Shown here: positions 18,657 through 26,682 of the stretch, piece after piece
Layout: each line of letters opens with the position of its first letter
Numbering within the stretch: the first letter of the stretch is position 1
Origin: a virus
Length of the DNA: 64,000 bases
IMG/VR virus record: IMGVR_UViG_3300023211_000126
Location: 211-64,210 of that record
Strand: one strand, 5' to 3'
The notes under the pieces: model-generated
What the model was told of the DNA's origin: nothing
Database searches by the model: none
The model's input: the letters and a program-made list of their open reading frames with translations, nothing else
Translations under genes and position numbers: made by a program

Positions 18657-19693
18657 GCGATCTGCGCTTCCTTTCGATTTGCTCTGGTATCGAGGCGTTC
18701 TCCGTCGCCGCTCAGGGCTTGCCATATGAGCCAGTAGGCTTTTGCGAGATCGACCCGCATGCCTCGGCGCTGCTCGCCTATCGCTATCCAGATGTGCCGA
18801 ACTTCGGCGATTTCACCGCAGCCGATTTTTCGAGGATTGGCCGGGTAGACGTTCTCGCCGGCGGGACGCCCTGCCAGGCTTTTTCCGTCGCTGGATCGCG
18901 GCTTTCACTCGCCGATGCGCGCGGCAATCTCACTCTTGCCTTTACGGTTCTCGCACATGAACTTGTTGGATCTCATGGGCTGCAGGTCGCCTTCTGGGAG
19001 AACGTCATCGGCGTCCTCAACACGCCAGACAATGCCTTCGGCTGTTTCCTGGGCGCGCTTGTCGGACACGACAGAGCCATCGATGCGCCTCGCGGGGGAA
19101 AATGGGCAGACGTTGGTATGGTTGCCGGACCACGGGCGCGGGCCGCGTGGAGGGTTTTTAACGCTCAACATTTCGGACTCGCCCAACGACGCCGTCGCGT
19201 GTTTCTTGTCGCAGATTTTGGAGGCAGGGCCGATCCCGCAGAAATACTTTTTGAGTTCCAAAGCCTGCACGGGGATTTTGCGCCGGGCCGCGAAGCGCGG
19301 GAAGATATTGCCGGAACCCTTAGCGCGCGCACTCAAGGCGGTGGCGGACTTGGAACCGACTTCGAATGCGATGGAGGATTAGTCGCGGCTTTCGATGCCC
19401 GGCAGACAGACGTTTGTGTCTATGGCGATATTACCGGCCCTCTGGATACCAAATTTCCTGGAGCATCAATAGCTGACCCATCTGCGACTTGGGCCGTTCG
19501 CCGCCTCACCCCTATTGAGTGCGAGCGACTACAGGGTTTCGATGATAATTACACGCTGATCTCCGAAAACACGCCCGACGGCCATCGCTACAAGCAGCTC
19601 GGCAACTCCTGGGCTGTGCCGAACGTGCGCTGGATCTTGAAACGCATCGCAAACCGCTTGGGTTCGGCTGGAATAATGGAGGCAGCCGAATGA
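18653..19693 (+). CDS. C5-cytosine DNA methyltransferase
   Basis: ICSGIEA (I), GGTPCQAFS (IV), WENV (VI), QRRRRVF (VIII), RRLTPIECERLQGF (IX), YKQLGNS (X). Confidence 0.93.
   Translation: MSDLRFLSICSGIEAFSVAAQGLPYEPVGFCEIDPHASALLAYRYPDVPNFGDFTAADFSRIGRVDVLAGGTPCQAFSVAGSRLSLADARGNLTLAFTVLAHELVGSHGLQVAFWENVIGVLNTPDNAFGCFLGALVGHDRAIDAPRGGKWADVGMVAGPRARAAWRVFNAQHFGLAQRRRRVFLVADFGGRADPAEILFEFQSLHGDFAPGREAREDIAGTLSARTQGGGGLGTDFECDGGLVAAFDARQTDVCVYGDITGPLDTKFPGASIADPSATWAVRRLTPIECERLQGFDDNYTLISENTPDGHRYKQLGNSWAVPNVRWILKRIANRLGSAGIMEAAE
18957..19382 (+). CDS. Alternative-frame ORF nested in the C5 methyltransferase gene (possible second subunit)
   Basis: TLNISDSPNDAVACFLSQILE...KYFLSSKACTGILRRAAKRGKILP; start codon uncertain. 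Confidence 0.55.
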   Translation: MNLLDLMGCRSPSGRTSSASSTRQTMPSAVSWARLSDTTEPSMRLAGENGQTLVWLPDHGRGPRGGFLTLNISDSPNDAVACFLSQILEAGPIPQKYFLSSKACTGILRRAAKRGKILPEPLARALKAVADLEPTSNAMED

Positions 19694-21165
19694 ACAACGT
19701 CGTCCCGATCACGGCCGCGCAGCCGCCGCAGGAACCACTCCCTCAAAGCATTGAGGCGGAGCAGGCGCTGCTTGGCGCGCTCATGCTCAACAATGCCATC
19801 TTCGGCCAGATCTCGTCGATGATCGAGACCGAGCACTTCGCAGAAGAATTGCACGCGCGAATTTTCGATTGCGCCGCGCAACTGATCAAGGGTGGCCGGA
19901 ATGCATCGCCGGTCACGATGCTCGGATATCTCGGTGATGCCGATCTCGGTCAAGGCATGAGCTTACGCCAATACCTGGCGAGGCTCTGCGCTGAAGCAAC
20001 GACCATCATCGCAGCTCCGTCTTATGCGTTGACCATCCGCGAACTCGCCGATCGCCGGGCCATGATCATCACGGCGCAGGCCTTGATCGAGCAGGCCATG
20101 CGCTCGGGCCCGTCTGTGCAGCCATCCAGCCTCGCCAGCGACGCGATGACGGCATTGCATGCGATTGCGGTGAGCGATTCCAGAGGCGATACCCGGCGCG
20201 ATCCGGGCGACAGTGCAGCAGCTCTTATCGATCGGGCCCGCCGCATCATGGCAAAGGAGATTGTCGACGACGGTGTCCCAACAGGGCTGGACGATCTCGA
20301 CCGTGATACTGGCGGTTTCCAGCCCGGCACGCTGTGGGTTGTCGGCGGCAGGCCCGGTCAGGGAAAAACCGTCCTTGCCACCGGGTTCGCCCTGAAGGTG
20401 GCGCGCCGCGGCGCCCGCGATATCCGTGACGGCAGGCCTGCGGCTGGCGCCATGCTCTTCGAACTCGAGGTTCCGGAAAACCAGACCACCGCCCGTCTGC
20501 TTGCCGATCTCGCCTATCGGGCCCGGCGCCCGATCCAGTTCGGCCGCATCATGAAGGGCGATATCGATGACGAAGATCTGTGGTCTCTCGAAGATGCCCA
20601 GAAGCGGTTGGCTGAAATGCCGCTGGCTATCGATATCGCTTCTCGGCTGTCTGTTGCTGAAATCAGTCTGCGCATCCGCGCCGAAAAGGAGCGGATGAAG
20701 CGCCGCGGCGTCCGGCTCGGCGTCGTCTTCATCGATTATCTGAAATTCGTCAAAGCCACGGATCGTTACCGCGGCCAGCGTGTCTACGAGGTCGGCGAGA
20801 TCAGCGGAGCTCTGAAGCAGCTCTCAAAGGATGAGCACATCTGTGTTGTCCTGCTGGCTCAACTTAACCGCCTCGTCGCCGCGCATGATCGCAAGGACAA
20901 GCGGCCGACGCTCGTCGATCTCCGCGAGTCCGGCGACCTCGAGGCGGATGCCGATGTTGTCGCCTTCATCCATCGCGAAGCCTATTACATCAAGCAGTCG
21001 CCGGAATATCGAAACAACAACATCGAAGCTCAACAGGCCTTCATCGACGCCGAGCACGAAGGCGAAATCATTCTCGGAAAGACGCGCGCGGGCCCGACCA
21101 ACACCGTGAAGATCTGGTGCGATATCGGCTGCTCGACGTTTGCCGCGCAAGCGAGGGGGAGCTGA
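19690..21165 (+). CDS. dnaB: DnaB-like replicative helicase
   Basis: EAEQALLGAL, GGRPGQGKT, FIDYL, LAQLNR, DLRESGDLEADAD. Confidence 0.93.
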   Translation: MNNVVPITAAQPPQEPLPQSIEAEQALLGALMLNNAIFGQISSMIETEHFAEELHARIFDCAAQLIKGGRNASPVTMLGYLGDADLGQGMSLRQYLARLCAEATTIIAAPSYALTIRELADRRAMIITAQALIEQAMRSGPSVQPSSLASDAMTALHAIAVSDSRGDTRRDPGDSAAALIDRARRIMAKEIVDDGVPTGLDDLDRDTGGFQPGTLWVVGGRPGQGKTVLATGFALKVARRGARDIRDGRPAAGAMLFELEVPENQTTARLLADLAYRARRPIQFGRIMKGDIDDEDLWSLEDAQKRLAEMPLAIDIASRLSVAEISLRIRAEKERMKRRGVRLGVVFIDYLKFVKATDRYRGQRVYEVGEISGALKQLSKDEHICVVLLAQLNRLVAAHDRKDKRPTLVDLRESGDLEADADVVAFIHREAYYIKQSPEYRNNNIEAQQAFIDAEHEGEIILGKTRAGPTNTVKIWCDIGCSTFAAQARGS

Positions 21166-21947
21166 TGAAAGAGAAGCTCTTTCAGAAGGAAGCCGACCTC
21201 TGCGCCGCTTTCATCGCCGAAGTCACCAATAAAAAGGGCTGGCGCGCTTACTGCGAAACCGGTGGTTTCGATATTCTTTTGGTGCGCGAAGCTGACGGAC
21301 TTCAAATCGGTATCGAGGCAAAGCTCTCTTTCAACCTGAAGGTTTTGACGCAAGCGCTTCCGGATTGCTCCAAATATTCACATGCTCTGATCGGTCCTGA
21401 TCATAGAGCCGTGCTCGTTCCGAGCGGCGAGACACAGCTCGGACTTAAAACGATCTGCGATTGGCTCGGTATCACGGTGATCTCTTTGCGAGATAATTCT
21501 GATGGTAACCCGAGGAGATACCAAACATTTAGCCCGGATCTCCCGTCTGCGAGATGGAATAGTTGCGACTGGCATTATTGGGCTCCACTGAACCGGTGCT
21601 CATTGCCGGATTATGTGCCAGATGTTGGCGCCGGGCATAGCTCTCCGATAAAGCTGTCGGACTGGAAAATCGCGGCTATCAAGCTCATGATCGTTCTCGA
21701 TGAACGGCCGGTCAGTCGCGCCGATTTCAAAGCGCTGCAGCTATCACCGACGCGCTGGCTTGATCCGTGGACGGGCTGGCTTGTTCTGGTGCCGGGAACG
21801 AAGACCTATATCGCGGGCCCGCATCTGCCTGACTTCAAGGCACAGCATCCAATCAACTATGCGGAGATCGCGGCCGATAAAGAGAAATGGATGCAGCTAC
21901 ACCGTATCGCCGCCATTCCAGTTGAACAGATCGGACTGGCGATATGA
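21165..21947 (+). CDS. Hypothetical protein, possible PD-(D/E)xK nuclease fold
   Basis: E...FDILLV...IGIEAK. Confidence 0.6.
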   Translation: MKEKLFQKEADLCAAFIAEVTNKKGWRAYCETGGFDILLVREADGLQIGIEAKLSFNLKVLTQALPDCSKYSHALIGPDHRAVLVPSGETQLGLKTICDWLGITVISLRDNSDGNPRRYQTFSPDLPSARWNSCDWHYWAPLNRCSLPDYVPDVGAGHSSPIKLSDWKIAAIKLMIVLDERPVSRADFKALQLSPTRWLDPWTGWLVLVPGTKTYIAGPHLPDFKAQHPINYAEIAADKEKWMQLHRIAAIPVEQIGLAI

Positions 21948-23116
21948 CAGATCTTCCATCGCCTTTCCTCCCGGCCGAAGTCGATCTCCGCGATTTCCCG
22001 TTCTTGCCTCTCGATGTCGTCCGGCTTCGGGACAGCGAGCTCGCCGCATCCGTATCAGGTGAAGAGTTCCGCGCCGCCGTGCTGTTATGGTGCGCATCAT
22101 GGCATCAGATCCCGGCCGGATCATTGCCCGATGATGATGTCCAGCTATCCACGCTCGCCGGGTTCGGCCGCGTCGTCAAAGAATGGAAGCGGCATCGCAA
22201 GGGCGCCTTGCACGGTTGGATCAAGTGTTCGGATGGCAGGCTGTATCATTGCGTCGTCGCCGAAAAGGCGCGCGAAGCCTGGAATGAAAAGCTGGCGCAG
22301 AGATGGCGTACCGAATGCGCCCGGATCCGGAAGCACAACGAAAGGCATCAGGACAAACTGTCGACACCAACACTTGAGGAGTGGTTGTCACAACGACAGC
22401 CGCAACAAGTCACACGTGACAATGAGGAGAAGTCACACGGACACGAAGCGAATAGTCACACGGACAAAGATGAGATGTCACGCGGAAGTCCTGCGAACGT
22501 TGGATCCAAGGGACAGGGACAGGGACAGGGACAGGGATTAATAGATAATTCCCAGCAGTGCAGCCCTACGATCTCCGATCCAGGCGGCGCGGTGCAAGCC
22601 GAGTACGATTTGCTCGAGCATCGTCTCCGAGAGGCTGCGGGCCTGCTCAGCAACCCGTCGCCCTCTCTCCGCATCATCGGCCCGATCAGTGATTTGGTCG
22701 AGGAGGGCTACGATCTCGATCGCCACATCCTGCCAGTTCTGCGAGCCAAGGCGGCAGCGAAAAAGTTCGGCAGATCATGGGGTTTCTACACCGAAGCCAT
22801 TCGTGAAGCGCGTCAGAAAACGGGTGCCGTCCCGTTCCAGCCGGTGCCGTCCGGCAGCGCTTCAACCGATCCAAGAATGATCGAGGGGCATCCGAAAGAG
22901 CTCATCTTCGATCTTACCTGTGGCTTCGCGATGCCACTGCGTAATCTCGCCAGTGCGCTGAAGATGCTCCGTGAGCGTGATTTCTGGGCGGCGCCATCCC
23001 CGAGACCAGGCCAACCCGGATGCAGGATACCCGATGAGTTTCTGCCCGAGGATCTCCGGCAATCAAATCAGAACGTGAGCAAAAATGAGCAGATTTTGAG
23101 CGGATCTGAGCGATGA
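21944..23116 (+). CDS. Replication initiator (YdaU/DUF1376-like)
   Basis: DLRDFPFLPLDVVRLRDS...LWCASWHQIPAGSLPDDD...DGRLYH; internal iterons; GQ-repeat linker. Confidence 0.85.
   Translation: MTDLPSPFLPAEVDLRDFPFLPLDVVRLRDSELAASVSGEEFRAAVLLWCASWHQIPAGSLPDDDVQLSTLAGFGRVVKEWKRHRKGALHGWIKCSDGRLYHCVVAEKAREAWNEKLAQRWRTECARIRKHNERHQDKLSTPTLEEWLSQRQPQQVTRDNEEKSHGHEANSHTDKDEMSRGSPANVGSKGQGQGQGQGLIDNSQQCSPTISDPGGAVQAEYDLLEHRLREAAGLLSNPSPSLRIIGPISDLVEEGYDLDRHILPVLRAKAAAKKFGRSWGFYTEAIREARQKTGAVPFQPVPSGSASTDPRMIEGHPKELIFDLTCGFAMPLRNLASALKMLRERDFWAAPSPRPGQPGCRIPDEFLPEDLRQSNQNVSKNEQILSGSER
22387..22488 (+). repeat. Five iteron-like repeats, putative phage origin
   Basis: GTCAC-led 12-13-mers (consensus GTCACACGGACA) at 22387, 22409, 22432, 22455, 22477; spacing 22-23 bp. 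Confidence 0.75.
22511..22537 (+). repeat. GGACAG x4.5 microsatellite encoding GQGQGQGQG
   Basis: Direct reading. Confidence 0.9.
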
Positions 23117-23264
23117 GTGCGATTTTCCGGATGTCGTGGGTGCGGGCTCATCTGCGCTGTCATCGCTGCAGATCGGAGCGGGTATCATCGATGACCGCGG
23201 TGCGCGGTCACAGAAACTGGCGTGTGGTTGTAATTCGAATTCCGAAGCGGAGGGCGCGGGGACG

Positions 23265-23918
23265 ATGATCGAGGTGTTTGATATCAGCGATGATGTGAAG
23301 CGGATCATCGAGGAGTCACGGGCTGAATTCATGCCTGTCGTCGAGCAGGCATACACGATCGGGCCGCGGAAGTGGTTCGTCATCCAGACCAACCCGAAAT
23401 GCGAGAACAAGGCCTGCGATAGGGTGGAGCGTCTCAATTTCAGCTCCTACATGCCGAAGCAAAAGCTCTGGGGGAAGCGTAACCGGTTTACGCGGAAGAT
23501 GCCGAAGCTGACCCGTCCTCTCATGCCGGGCTATCTTTTCCTGGAATTGCCAGCAGAGGGGGCCTTCGATGCGGTCAGGCTCTGCGATGGCGTCTACCGC
23601 TTCGTGACGGCTGGCGGGGCTCCTGCGGCGATCCCTGTGACATGGGTTGATGATCTGCGGGCCAGGGAAAGGCGCGGAGAGTTCAACGCGACAAAGCAGA
23701 GGGGAAATAAATCCCGCCATATCGTCAGAAACGATAGATCGCCGTTCCCGGAATGGGTTTTTCCTGGCGCTGTTGTGCGGATAACCGATGGGCCGTTTGC
23801 TTCGTTTCTCGGGAAGATCCTTGAAGCGCACAAGGAAAATAGGGTGCTTGTCGAGGCGCTGATTTTTGGCCGGGCCACGCCGATCGAACTAGAAGTTGCT
23901 CAGGTCGAAAAAATGTGA
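23265..23918 (+). CDS. NusG/RfaH-family antiterminator (Q-position late regulator)
   Basis: WFVIQTNPKCE...PLMPGYLF (NGN domain); VRITDGPFASFLGKI...IFGRATPIEL...QVEK (KOW domain). Confidence 0.9.
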   Translation: MIEVFDISDDVKRIIEESRAEFMPVVEQAYTIGPRKWFVIQTNPKCENKACDRVERLNFSSYMPKQKLWGKRNRFTRKMPKLTRPLMPGYLFLELPAEGAFDAVRLCDGVYRFVTAGGAPAAIPVTWVDDLRARERRGEFNATKQRGNKSRHIVRNDRSPFPEWVFPGAVVRITDGPFASFLGKILEAHKENRVLVEALIFGRATPIELEVAQVEKM

Positions 23919-24118
23919 TAGCCACGGTCTCGGCTGCTGACATGCGTCGGCGGAAATGCTGAAATGTCGCCCCTAAATTGCTAGGGTAATATTCCGGGTA
24001 TAAACCGGCCGAGGCGCACTGAGTAAGCTCGCAACTCGAAGCTCGACGGGGTTGAGCGCGCGAGTGAAAATGCGAAGCGTTGTCTAGAATTCATGCCATG
24101 GGCCTCATGGGCAACGAG

Positions 24119-24638
24119 TTCGGCTTGAGTTACAAACGGGTTTTAGCGCGCGACGGCTATACGGGTCGCCAAGCCGAAGCCATTTACGAGTTTGACCGCC
24201 GCCTGAGAGCGGAGGATGGTCAGCAAGTTCGATGCGCGGCGTGGGAAGCAGACACGCAGACGTGGAGGCGGTTGGTTCCGCTGGGCCTCCTCGGAGGATC
24301 GGAAGCAGGATATCCGTGTAAGACCTGTGAATCATAAGGGAGCTTTGCCGGAATAGCGCCCGGTCGCATCGAAACAGTTCGCGTGACACGGTGATAATCT
24401 GCAGGCCGTAGCCTTTTGATCTCAGGATCAAACGAGCGCTTTGTGGGGTTAGTTGCAGGCCCCACCGCGAAGATCTAGTTCCATGCACTTTCTGCAAGTC
24501 TCCGCCGGAGCAATTTGCAAAAAATGCAAAGTGCTTTTCACAATTCGCCCCGGTACTCATCGCGCCTGTAGGGCCTCAGCTTTAGGCGCGCAAACAAGGC
24601 TGTGATCGTGGGTGAAGAGCCCAAGGTGGCGGGGCGCG
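24119..24638 (+). ncRNA. Putative structured late-leader RNA with tandem closed domains
   Basis: Successive complementary end pairs: TTCGGCTTG/CAAGCCGAA, TTCGATGCG/CGCATCGAA, TTCGCG/CGCGAA, GCACTTT/AAAGTGC, CGCCCCG/CGGGGCG. Confidence 0.5.
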
Positions 24639-24682
24639 CCACGACAACTCCATCTTAATCACAGCAAAGCTGGTCTCATTCA

Positions 24683-24883
24683 ATGGCAGAATTGAAGAAC
24701 CGCATCACGGTCGAGATGACTGGATCTCCGCAGGTCGTCGTCAAAGCCATCATCAAGTCGACAGATGACGCCGTCATGGTCGTGAATGCAATCTTGCGCG
24801 CCAATGATCTCCTCTTCGAGAAGGAAATCGTTTTCGGCGCTGACGGAGACGATGTCGACAAATCTGTGAGCAAAGCCGCGTAA
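24683..24883 (+). CDS. Hypothetical protein
   Basis: 66 aa ORF before terS. Confidence 0.5.
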   Translation: MAELKNRITVEMTGSPQVVVKAIIKSTDDAVMVVNAILRANDLLFEKEIVFGADGDDVDKSVSKAA

Positions 24884-24893
24884 CAGAAACCGC

Positions 24894-25457
24894 ATGCCTG
24901 TTCTTTCCAATCCCAAATATGAATTGTTCGCTGAAGGATTAGCGAAAGGCATGACTGCGTCAGACGCCTATGTCGCCGCAGGCTATAAACGTCACGATGG
25001 CAATGCCGGACGTTGTGCCCGAGATCCACGCGTGCAGGCGCGCGTCGCTGAGATCCTCGCCGAAGGTGCTGAAAAGGCCGGTGTCACGGTTCAGCGTATC
25101 GTCGACGAGCTGGCCAAGATCGCATTCGCTGACATCAGGAAAGCGGTGAAGTGGCGCGGTCATCTCACCCGTGAATCGGATAATCCGGACGGTGGTGACG
25201 TTCTTGTCATCAAGGAGATCGTCACCAATCATGTCGCGCTCGTCGACGGCGACGAGATCGATGATGACACCGCTGCCGCGATCTCAGAGATTTCGCAGAA
25301 CCAGAGCGGCGGCGTCAAACTGAAGATGCACGACAAGCTGTCTGCGCTTGAAAAGCTAGGTAAACATCTTGGCATGTTCAAGGAGCGGGTTGAGCACTCG
25401 GGCGATGTGAAAGTGTTCACTTTCAAACTCGACAAGGGCAATGGCGGAAACGATTGA
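24894..25457 (+). CDS. terS: Terminase small subunit
   Basis: N.KYELFA..LAKG.TA..AY..AGY...ELAKIAFADIR...KMHDKLSALEKLGKHLGMF. Confidence 0.9.
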   Translation: MPVLSNPKYELFAEGLAKGMTASDAYVAAGYKRHDGNAGRCARDPRVQARVAEILAEGAEKAGVTVQRIVDELAKIAFADIRKAVKWRGHLTRESDNPDGGDVLVIKEIVTNHVALVDGDEIDDDTAAAISEISQNQSGGVKLKMHDKLSALEKLGKHLGMFKERVEHSGDVKVFTFKLDKGNGGND

Positions 25458-26679
25458 ATACGAACGGCCTTGGTTGACGGACTATCAGCTTGAGGCGCTG
25501 TTCGGACCGGAACGTTTCTCTGTGGTCGAGGGAAGCTCAAAAGCCGGAAAAACCGCGCCGTGCCTGATTTGGCTGGCCGAGCAGGCAATGGCCGGAAAAG
25601 CCGGGCGCAATTACTGGTGGGTGGCGCCTGTCTATCAGCAGGCTGAAATTGCCTATCGGCGCATGAAGCGCGGATTGCCGCATGAGTTTTTGAAAACCCA
25701 CGACTCCGACCGTTGGATTGATCTGCCGAACGGTGCCCGGATGTGGTTCAAGTCGGCCGAAAAGCCTGACAACCTTTACGGCGAAGACGTCTATGCAGCG
25801 GTCATAGACGAGGCGAGCCGCATCCGGGAAGAAAGCTGGTATGCGGTGCGTTCAACGCTGACAGCGACGAAGGGACCGCTCCGGATCATTGGCAACGTCA
25901 AGGGCCGCAGAAATTGGGCCTACCAGCTCGCGCGCAAAGCGGAGGCCGGCGAGCCCGGCATGATCTATCGAAAGTTCACGGCTTATGACGCTGTAGCCGC
26001 CGGCATCCTTGATCGCGAGGAAGTCGAGCAGGCGAAGCGCGATCTGCCGGATGCAGTTTTCCGCGAGCTTTATCTCGCAGAGCCTTCTGACGATGGCGGC
26101 AACCCTTTCGGCATCGGGGCGATTGCACGGTGTGTCGGGACGATCTCAAGCAAGAAACCCGTTGTCTGGGGCTGGGATCTTGCCAAGAGCCATGATTGGA
26201 CGGTCGGCATCGCGTTGGATGAAGACGGCGCTGTTTGCCGCTTCGAGCGGTTTCAGCTTTCGTGGGACGCTACGATTGAGCGCATCGTTTCGTTGACTGG
26301 GACGGCCAAGGCACTCGTCGATTCAACCGGTGTCGGCGATCCGATCTTGGAGATGTTGCAGAAGCGGCCCGGCACCCATTTTGAGGGATACAAGTTCACG
26401 TCGGAGTCGAAGCAGAAGCTCATGGAAGGTCTGGCCGTCGCCATTCAAAAGGAAGAAATCACTTTCCCCGATGGTCCGATCCGTTCCGAGCTTGAAATGT
26501 TCGAATTCGAATATACACGGTTGGCTGTGAAATATTCGGCCCCGGAAGGCATGCACGATGACTGCGTCTGCTCGCTCGCGCTCGCGGTCATGCATCGCAG
26601 CCATCGAAAGCCGCCGATCACGATTAGCGATGCGGTCATGAGCCGTGTTGCTCAGCCTTCGCGCGCCTGGCGCTGGTAA
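25441..26679 (+). CDS. terL: Terminase large subunit
   Basis: GSSKAGKT, VIDEA, GWDLAKSHDWT, HDDCVCSLAL. Confidence 0.93.
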   Translation: MAETIEYERPWLTDYQLEALFGPERFSVVEGSSKAGKTAPCLIWLAEQAMAGKAGRNYWWVAPVYQQAEIAYRRMKRGLPHEFLKTHDSDRWIDLPNGARMWFKSAEKPDNLYGEDVYAAVIDEASRIREESWYAVRSTLTATKGPLRIIGNVKGRRNWAYQLARKAEAGEPGMIYRKFTAYDAVAAGILDREEVEQAKRDLPDAVFRELYLAEPSDDGGNPFGIGAIARCVGTISSKKPVVWGWDLAKSHDWTVGIALDEDGAVCRFERFQLSWDATIERIVSLTGTAKALVDSTGVGDPILEMLQKRPGTHFEGYKFTSESKQKLMEGLAVAIQKEEITFPDGPIRSELEMFEFEYTRLAVKYSAPEGMHDDCVCSLALAVMHRSHRKPPITISDAVMSRVAQPSRAWRW

Positions 26680-26682
26680 GCA

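Noticed and set aside
14626-21947. Restriction-modification system
   Set aside because: Both MTases sit in the early replication operon like orphan phage methylases; the only nuclease-like ORF is not adjacent and is weakly supported.
24228-24471. Canonical tRNA genes
   Set aside because: No GTTCRA T-loop, 7-nt anticodon loop or CCA end.
24080-24560. ORFs 24080-24337 (+), 24105-24560 (-), 24220-24465 (-)
   Set aside because: No recognisable motifs or clear RBS; the region is better explained as structured RNA.
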